Virus record (IMG/VR): IMGVR_UViG_3300042559_001801
Strand: one strand, 5' to 3'
Length of the DNA stretch: 63,847 bases
Origin: a virus
Lineage: Duplodnaviria > Heunggongvirae > Uroviricota > Caudoviricetes
The notes below the pieces were generated by a model. The model saw only the letters and a list, made by a program, of their open reading frames with translations. It made no database searches and was not told the origin of the DNA. The stretch's first letter is position 1, and the number at the start of each line of letters is the position of its first letter. The translations under genes and the position numbers were made by a program. Positions 57,611 to 63,847 of the stretch are shown in pieces.

Positions 57611-57639
57611 TTGACGCTAACACTAAAAGCGTGTACACT
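57611..57639 (+). promoter_or_regulatory. Sigma70-like promoter for gp32
   Basis: TTGACG-17 nt-TACACT; a TAAATA late motif lies just upstream at 57602-57607. Confidence 0.6.
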
Positions 57640-57663
57640 ACATCAGTGCATACGCTTTTTTCT
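57625..57663 (+). terminator. Long hairpin plus T-run overlapping the gp32 promoter
   Basis: aaaagcgtgtacact-acatc-agtgcatacgctttt (15 bp, one mismatch and one G-U), followed by further Ts. Confidence 0.65.
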
Positions 57664-57718
57664 TTAGTATCACAGGCAACTTTAAAAACATTTTACAACA
57701 CTTTGAAAGGCAATTAAA

Positions 57719-58711
57719 ATGGCAACATCACTAGCAGAAATCCGAGCAAGACTCGCAGCATCCGAAGGTAACAACAAAGGTGGTTCATCCACTGGTGGCG
57801 ATAACGCAATTTATCCACACTGGAACATGGAAGAAGGATCATCAACTACACTCCGTTTCCTCCCCGACGGCAACACCAAGAACACATTCTTTTGGCAAGA
57901 ACGAGCAATGATTCGTTTGCCATTCAATGGTATCAAAGGTGAAATGGAATCCAAACAGGTATATGTGCAGATTCCCTGTATGGAAATGTGGCAAGAAACT
58001 TGTCCAGTGCTGACCGAAGTTCGCGGTTGGTTCAAAGACAAAAGTCTCGAAGACATGGGCCGTAAGTACTGGAAAAAACGCAGTTACATTTTCCAAGGCT
58101 TTGTGCGTGAAAATCCAATGGCCGATGAGAAAACTCCGGCAAATCCAATCCGTAGATTCATCATTGGTCCACAACTGTTCACCATCATCAAAGGTGCCCT
58201 AATGGATCCAGAACTGGAAGAAATGCCAACTGACATTCTGCGTGGCTTGGATTTCCGTATCACAAAAACATCCAAAGGTGGATATGCTGACTACAACACA
58301 TCAAAGTGGGCTCGTAAAGAATCTGCTCTGACTGAGGAAGAACAAGCAGCCATTGACACCAATGGTCTGTGGGACTTGAGCACATTCTTGCCCAAGAAAC
58401 CAGATGCAGCCGCTGTTAAGGTGATCAAGGAAATGTTCGAAGCCAGTGTTGATGGACAGGCCTACGATGCCGAGCGTTGGAGCGCATACTTCCGTCCAGC
58501 AGGCGTATCCGCGCCAGCAGGCAGTTCTGATTCGGCACCTGCTGCTCATGTAGCACCTGCGGCAAAAGCAGCGCCCGCTGCGGAATCAGACTTTGACGAA
58601 GACGTTGAAGTAGCAGAAAAATCGTTTGCTGCTGAACCTGTTGCTGCTCCAAAATCAACACAGAAGGCCGAAGACATTTTGGCCATGATTCGGGCTCGTC
58701 AACAAAAGTAA
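57719..58711 (+). CDS. gp32: Single-stranded DNA-binding protein
   Basis: LRFLPDG, KYWKKRSY, GLDFRITKTSKGGYADY motifs; acidic C-terminal region. Confidence 0.92.
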   Translation: MATSLAEIRARLAASEGNNKGGSSTGGDNAIYPHWNMEEGSSTTLRFLPDGNTKNTFFWQERAMIRLPFNGIKGEMESKQVYVQIPCMEMWQETCPVLTEVRGWFKDKSLEDMGRKYWKKRSYIFQGFVRENPMADEKTPANPIRRFIIGPQLFTIIKGALMDPELEEMPTDILRGLDFRITKTSKGGYADYNTSKWARKESALTEEEQAAIDTNGLWDLSTFLPKKPDAAAVKVIKEMFEASVDGQAYDAERWSAYFRPAGVSAPAGSSDSAPAAHVAPAAKAAPAAESDFDEDVEVAEKSFAAEPVAAPKSTQKAEDILAMIRARQQK

Positions 58712-58715
58712 ATTA

Positions 58716-59381
58716 ATGCTATCGCAGTTAGATTGCATTATATTTCCAGACCGCTGTGAGGTAATAGAAATTATACCCTCACAGCGGTATGTTTACCCAA
58801 TTTTTAAAAATTGTAGTTCGAGTATATCGGTTGCGGCCAAAAAAAATAAATGGCGCACTTGTCTAAACGAACAAATTAACAAAATTAATAGCATTGATGT
58901 AATTTTACGAGAACCACAAGATCGTTTGATATCTGGAATCAATACATTTATACAACTCGTCTTACGAGACAATCCTGGTCTTGATCAAAAAACGGTGCAA
59001 TGGTTTGCCCAAAACTATTTGTTTTTGAACCGTCACTATTGCTCTCAATTTTTATGGTTAGTTAACCTGGCAAGATTTTTAAATACTGATACAAAATTAA
59101 ATTTTATATCAATGGATGATGTTCATACAATAACTACGCTTCATAAAAAGCCTAGCGGAATTACACCAGCGTCTGCTGATTTTGTTACCGAGATTAATGA
59201 AATAAAAAACAATGAAATGCATCATCGAATCGATACAATTTTATTCAGATGCATCGGCAAGTCAATGAGCTTTGGTCAACTGCTGCAACATATAAACAAC
59301 ACTGACCCCACTGCATACAAGTATGTAATTGGACGGAGCCAACAAATATTAAAATCAACTTATGCATTGCCCCAGGCTTGA
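58716..59381 (+). CDS. Sulfotransferase-like protein
   Basis: YPIFKNCSSSI (PAPS-loop-like) and ILREPQDRLISG motifs. Confidence 0.55.
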   Translation: MLSQLDCIIFPDRCEVIEIIPSQRYVYPIFKNCSSSISVAAKKNKWRTCLNEQINKINSIDVILREPQDRLISGINTFIQLVLRDNPGLDQKTVQWFAQNYLFLNRHYCSQFLWLVNLARFLNTDTKLNFISMDDVHTITTLHKKPSGITPASADFVTEINEIKNNEMHHRIDTILFRCIGKSMSFGQLLQHINNTDPTAYKYVIGRSQQILKSTYALPQA

Positions 59382-60246
59382 TCATTTTGTTCGATTTAAT
59401 TCAAACGGAACAATAAGTCGTTGCGGACACATGATTGATCCGGCACAGTTCGACTCATTGGAAGCAATGGATTCTAGTTCCTGGTTGAGTAATATACAAG
59501 AACAATTTAATAAAGATATTTGGCCCAAAGAATGTCATCGTTGCCAGGAGATTGAACAAAAAAATCTTAGCAGTATACGAATGTATGCCATCGAAGTTGA
59601 TCAAGCAGAAACACAAAGAGACTACTTACAAGTAGGTGGTGTGCTGGATAATATATGCAATGCTGCATGTCAGACGTGTAATCCAGAGTGCAGTACTCGT
59701 ATCGGAGCACTGGCCGGGAAAAATTTTCCCATAGTAAACAACAGCAATCAATTTTGGAATCTTCCACAAGAACGCATTGTACATCTGGACATCAACGGCG
59801 GCGAGCCCAGCTACAGTAAAAATTACAAACGATTACTTGCAAATCTTCCACCAAATTTAAAGACACTGAGACTCAATACAAATTGCAATGTGGTGTTAGA
59901 CGAGTTGACAGATATAGTCTCCAAAGGAATAGAAGTCACAGTCACTGTGAGTTGCGACGGAATTGAGTCAATGCATGAATTTATGCGTTGGCCAATAACA
60001 TGGGATACCTTTTATAAAAACTTAATAACATACAAAAGTATGCCGGTCAAGTTAAATCTATGGACCACTGTTAGTGTATTAAATGTCAATGACTTGCCTA
60101 ACATACAGGCATTTGCTCGGGATCATAATATAGATCATAGCTATGCCTATCTTAAACACCCATATGAATTGTCAGTGGACAATACAGACATAGCAGCAAG
60201 AAACAAATACATACAAAAACAAAAAGAACTCAGGGGCATTGAATGA
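59362..60246 (+). CDS. Radical SAM protein, compact, with N-terminal Cys domain
   Basis: HCPRL...RCG...ECHRC; core CNAACQTC, GGEPSY, NTN. Confidence 0.85.
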   Translation: MHCPRLDHFVRFNSNGTISRCGHMIDPAQFDSLEAMDSSSWLSNIQEQFNKDIWPKECHRCQEIEQKNLSSIRMYAIEVDQAETQRDYLQVGGVLDNICNAACQTCNPECSTRIGALAGKNFPIVNNSNQFWNLPQERIVHLDINGGEPSYSKNYKRLLANLPPNLKTLRLNTNCNVVLDELTDIVSKGIEVTVTVSCDGIESMHEFMRWPITWDTFYKNLITYKSMPVKLNLWTTVSVLNVNDLPNIQAFARDHNIDHSYAYLKHPYELSVDNTDIAARNKYIQKQKELRGIE

Positions 60247-60716
60247 AATATTATACTCTAGTAGAGTGCGCCGACGCACAGGTCATTGCTGATAAGATTT
60301 ATAACTTCTTAGAGACTCAAACGGATCTATTAGAAAAAATAAATTTTGGTTGGAATTTTATTGATTGCAACGCAGTGCTTGTTCATGTGCCAGAATTGTT
60401 TGAGTTTTTTAAAAAGAACAAACTAGTACCAAGAAATGCAGCCATTACCATAATTGAAACCAACAAACATTTATCTCGCCATATTGACGAGTTACCAGTT
60501 GTAGCAAAAATGAATTTTCCTGTAATCAACACTCAAGGCTGGTCCAATCGTTGGTATGTTGATAACAATTTGGTTGAAGAATTACAAGATATGCCTGCTC
60601 CAATTGTGTTCAATTCGCAAGTTGAACACAGTGTAGAACTGACACATGCAACTGAATTTCCTAGAATCGTTGCCAGTTTTACATTCCATAACGAACCATT
60701 GCATCTACTACAATGA
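60243..60716 (+). CDS. Hypothetical double-stranded beta-helix (2OG-Fe(II)/cupin-like) protein
   Basis: HID...H(SV)...R pattern resembles the HxD...H...R facial triad. Confidence 0.45.
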   Translation: MKYYTLVECADAQVIADKIYNFLETQTDLLEKINFGWNFIDCNAVLVHVPELFEFFKKNKLVPRNAAITIIETNKHLSRHIDELPVVAKMNFPVINTQGWSNRWYVDNNLVEELQDMPAPIVFNSQVEHSVELTHATEFPRIVASFTFHNEPLHLLQ

Positions 60717-61252
60717 AAATAGCAGTAACTGGACATACCGCAGGAATTGGCATGGCGCTGAGTGGTCAACTGACCAAGCAAGGCCACGAAATTGTTGGTC
60801 TCAGCAAAAGACATGGCGATAACATACGCAACATACCTAAAATTTGTGATCAAATTGAACCTTGTGACATGTTCATTAACAATGCGCAAGCTGGGTATGC
60901 ACAAACTGAACTGTTGTTTGAAATGGCCGATCGCTGGGCAGGAACCGGTAAACATATTTTGGTAATTTCGACCATAATGACACAACAGCCTGTGTCACCA
61001 TTGACCGGGTTAGATATGGATCATTATCGTGTGCAGAAAATAGCACTCGAAGAAGCAGTAAAACAAATACGCAATCGTAAATTAAAAATAAAAATTACCA
61101 TTGTCAGGCCCGGTAACATAGCTACCAGCGCGGACAAAACTGTGCCGCCAGCCGCTGATGTAGACAATTGGGCAAGAACATTGATAAACTTACTCGATAC
61201 AGCCAAAAACAATAATTTAGTGATTCCAGACATATCACTAGGACCCATTTAA
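60713..61252 (+). CDS. Short-chain dehydrogenase/reductase-like protein
   Basis: TGHTAGIG (TGxxxGIG), FINNA and YRVQK (YxxxK) motifs. Confidence 0.8.
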   Translation: MKIAVTGHTAGIGMALSGQLTKQGHEIVGLSKRHGDNIRNIPKICDQIEPCDMFINNAQAGYAQTELLFEMADRWAGTGKHILVISTIMTQQPVSPLTGLDMDHYRVQKIALEEAVKQIRNRKLKIKITIVRPGNIATSADKTVPPAADVDNWARTLINLLDTAKNNNLVIPDISLGPI

Positions 61253-61253
61253 A

Positions 61254-62408
61254 ATGACACCAAAAGATGTATTAACAAATAAACATTTTTGTCCTATGCC
61301 GTGGACAGGGCTAATGTACAATTTTGATGGCAAAGTTAAAAATTGTATTCGCAGTGACACGGCAACCGGACTGCTAGGAAATATTAAAAAAACACCAATT
61401 GAAGAAATACTATTGGGCCCTATCAATGTAACTAAACAAACAAACATAACAAATAACAAATCGGCAGCTGGTTGTCATACCTGTTATGATTTAGAACATG
61501 GTAAAGAAGGGCTTGACATTATCAGTGATAGAATTTTTTACATAAGAGAATTTAAAAAAACGCCACTGGACACTTACCGGCCCGGCAATTTTGACTTACA
61601 AACCATTGACGTGCGGTGGACCAATTTGTGTAATTTTGCCTGTGTATATTGTAGTGAACAATTCAGTAGCAAATGGGCCAACGAACTCAATATCAAAATA
61701 GAAACTCCGGCTGATAAACAATTGTCAGACTTTCGGGAATACATCTATCGTCATGCTAAACAACTCAAACATGTGTATCTTGCCGGCGGCGAACCGCTGC
61801 TGATGAAGGAAAATTTAGAATTACTTCAAGAATTGAATCCCGATGTCAATCTTAGGATAAACACTAATCTTAGCAAGGTAGATACTGGAGTGTTTGATGC
61901 TGTTTGTAGATTTAAAAATGTCCATTGGACCGTAAGTGTAGAAACTACTGAAGATGAATTTGAATACATACGATTTGGTGGCCGATGGCAGGATTTTTTA
62001 GATAATCTAAACACAATTAGAAAACTAGATCATAAGATAAGTTTTAATATGTTATGGTTTTTGCTAAATCATGACAGTGTTTTTGATTGTGTAGATTATT
62101 TAAAAGGATTGGGATTTCATAACAATAGCTTTGTGATTGGAGCACTGCTAGGCCCTGATTACCTAAACATTAGACATTTACCGGAAAATGTGTTAAACTC
62201 ATTGAAGTTAAAATTAGAATCACGAATCAATGAGAATCCTGGATATCTACTTGAAGACAGTTATCAGAACATGCTACACTATATAACGCAACCAATTGAA
62301 AAGAATTTAACAAATTCGTTTGATCAATTAGCAATAATGGATCAGCGGCGTGAAGTAGACAGCAGTAAAATTTTTACAGAATTATATACACTCAAAGAAG
62401 GAAAGTAA
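61254..62408 (+). CDS. Radical SAM protein with N-terminal twitch/SPASM-like domain
   Basis: FCPMPW...NC...GCHTC; core CNFACVYC, GGEPLL, INTN. Confidence 0.9.
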   Translation: MTPKDVLTNKHFCPMPWTGLMYNFDGKVKNCIRSDTATGLLGNIKKTPIEEILLGPINVTKQTNITNNKSAAGCHTCYDLEHGKEGLDIISDRIFYIREFKKTPLDTYRPGNFDLQTIDVRWTNLCNFACVYCSEQFSSKWANELNIKIETPADKQLSDFREYIYRHAKQLKHVYLAGGEPLLMKENLELLQELNPDVNLRINTNLSKVDTGVFDAVCRFKNVHWTVSVETTEDEFEYIRFGGRWQDFLDNLNTIRKLDHKISFNMLWFLLNHDSVFDCVDYLKGLGFHNNSFVIGALLGPDYLNIRHLPENVLNSLKLKLESRINENPGYLLEDSYQNMLHYITQPIEKNLTNSFDQLAIMDQRREVDSSKIFTELYTLKEGK

Positions 62409-62410
62409 TC

Positions 62411-63469
62411 ATGGCAAAACCATTTGACATCTCAAAGTTCCGCAAGGACATCACAAAAAGCATCCAAGGACTCAGCATTGGATTCAATGATCCCACAGAC
62501 TGGATTAGCACAGGCAACTATGCACTCAACTATCTAATCTCAGGAGACTTCAACAAAGGCATTCCACTGGGTAAAGTTACTGTATTTGCTGGTGAATCCG
62601 GCGCAGGCAAGAGTTATATTTGCAGTGGCAACATTGTAAAGAACGCACAGGATCAAGGCATCTTTGTTATTCTTGTTGACACAGAAAACGCACTTGACGA
62701 ATCTTGGTTACACGCACTTGGTGTCAACACGGGTCCAGACAAGTTGCTCAAACTCAACATGAGCATGATTGATGATGTTGCCAAAGCAATCTCCACATTC
62801 ATGACAGACTACAAAGCACTACCAGAAGAAGAACGCATGAAAGTTCTGTGGGTCATTGACTCATTGGGCATGTTGCTGACTCCTACTGATGTCAATCAGT
62901 TCGAAGCCGGTGACATGAAAGGTGACATGGGTCGTAAGCCCAAAGCACTGACAAGTCTTGTTCGTAACTCTGTCAACATGTTTGGCAGTTACAATGTGGG
63001 CTTGGTGGCCACAAACCATACCTATGCCAGTCAAGACATGTTTGATCCTGATGACAAGATCTCCGGTGGACAAGGCTTTATCTACGCAAGTTCAATCGTG
63101 GTTGCCATGAAAAAAATGAAACTCAAAGAAGATGAAGATGGCAACAAGATCACTGATGTCATGGGCATCCGTGCCGGTTGCAAAGTGATGAAAACACGCT
63201 ATGCCAAACCGTTTGAAGGCATGCAGGTCAAGATCCCTTACTCCACTGGTATGAGTCCGCATTCGGGACTGGTTGACCTGGCAGAGAAGAAAGAGATTCT
63301 CAAGAAAGAAGGCAACAGTTTGGTACTTGTTACCAGCGACGGCGAAATTATCAAACAGTTCCGCAAAAAGTGGGAAGCCAATGAAGGCGGATGTTTAGAT
63401 AAACTGATGGCGGACTTTGCCAATCAGAAAGAAGAAAAACCGGTACTCGAAACAACAACGGAGGAATAA
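62411..63469 (+). CDS. uvsX: RecA-like recombinase UvsX
   Basis: GESGAGKS (Walker A), VIDSLGML and SGGQGFIYASS motifs. Confidence 0.95.
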   Translation: MAKPFDISKFRKDITKSIQGLSIGFNDPTDWISTGNYALNYLISGDFNKGIPLGKVTVFAGESGAGKSYICSGNIVKNAQDQGIFVILVDTENALDESWLHALGVNTGPDKLLKLNMSMIDDVAKAISTFMTDYKALPEEERMKVLWVIDSLGMLLTPTDVNQFEAGDMKGDMGRKPKALTSLVRNSVNMFGSYNVGLVATNHTYASQDMFDPDDKISGGQGFIYASSIVVAMKKMKLKEDEDGNKITDVMGIRAGCKVMKTRYAKPFEGMQVKIPYSTGMSPHSGLVDLAEKKEILKKEGNSLVLVTSDGEIIKQFRKKWEANEGGCLDKLMADFANQKEEKPVLETTTEE

Positions 63470-63471
63470 CC

Positions 63472-63729
63472 ATGTCAGTAGACCTATCAAGTGAAATCTG
63501 GAATGAACTAAAACGATACATCAACACAGTTGATCGTACAGAAGCAGCAGAAGTGTTGGTTTCTGTACTGGTTGACAATGACGTTGCCCCGGACGAAATT
63601 CGTGCCACATTCAAAGGCGACACGGATGTCAAAGCAGCATTGGCCGCGTATATCAAGGATCTCGACGACGAGCCCGAAGAAGAAGACTTTGATCAAGACG
63701 ATGATATTGAGTCCGAGTACGAAGATTAA
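63472..63729 (+). CDS. Small acidic hypothetical protein
   Basis: GGAGG SD; coupled to uvsX; acidic tail. Confidence 0.75.
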   Translation: MSVDLSSEIWNELKRYINTVDRTEAAEVLVSVLVDNDVAPDEIRATFKGDTDVKAALAAYIKDLDDEPEEEDFDQDDDIESEYED

Positions 63730-63731
63730 TC

Positions 63732-63847
63732 ATGTGGCTCAGCCGTGTCACTAGTGATCTGGGAGCAATCCCAGATTTCATTGCTCACTTTGAGCAAGAA
63801 CTCACTGCTGCACGCCGTGATTGCGCCATTGGCGGCATGGTTGAACG
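63732..63847 (+). CDS. Partial ORF, possibly UvsY-like recombination mediator (3' truncated)
   Basis: MWLSRVTSDLGAIPDFIAHFEQEL...; position two genes after uvsX. Confidence 0.45.
   Translation, partial: MWLSRVTSDLGAIPDFIAHFEQELTAARRDCAIGGMVE

Noticed and set aside
1-63847. Stop-codon reassignment (as in some large phages)
   Set aside because: Core genes are full length in the standard code, and TAA, TGA and TAG all end genes at expected positions.

Overview
This window is a 63.8-kb segment of a large T4-like myophage genome. It uses the standard genetic code and I see no tRNA or CRISPR array. It carries a rearranged set of virion genes: gp26-like chaperone, tape-measure-like protein with a GH19 domain, portal, prohead protease, scaffold, major capsid, many fibre/beta-helix proteins, gp13/14/15-like neck genes, sheath, tube, gp4-like nuclease and terminase subunits. 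Replication and recombination genes include a gp46-like ATPase, gp32, UvsX, a UvsY-like fragment, dNMP kinase and a 3'-5' exonuclease. Accessory enzymes include five radical SAM proteins and glycosyltransferase-, sulfotransferase-, SDR- and NUDIX-like proteins. All product calls come from motif recognition and gene context, not database searches. Top leads: (1) an unexplained ~400-nt hairpin-rich non-coding region directly after a stand-alone GIY-YIG nuclease gene, a candidate nuclease-ncRNA system; (2) a T-TTT-TTC -1 slippery site that could fuse the gp26-like ORF to the next ORF, as in lambda G/GT; (3) many TAAATA late promoters only 4-5 nt from ATG, implying leaderless mRNAs and revealing a hidden 44-aa ORF; (4) internal-protein-like ORFs with T4-type capsid-targeting leaders and repeated protease-type sites, one with a 551-codon cassette bounded by a perfect 31-nt direct repeat.
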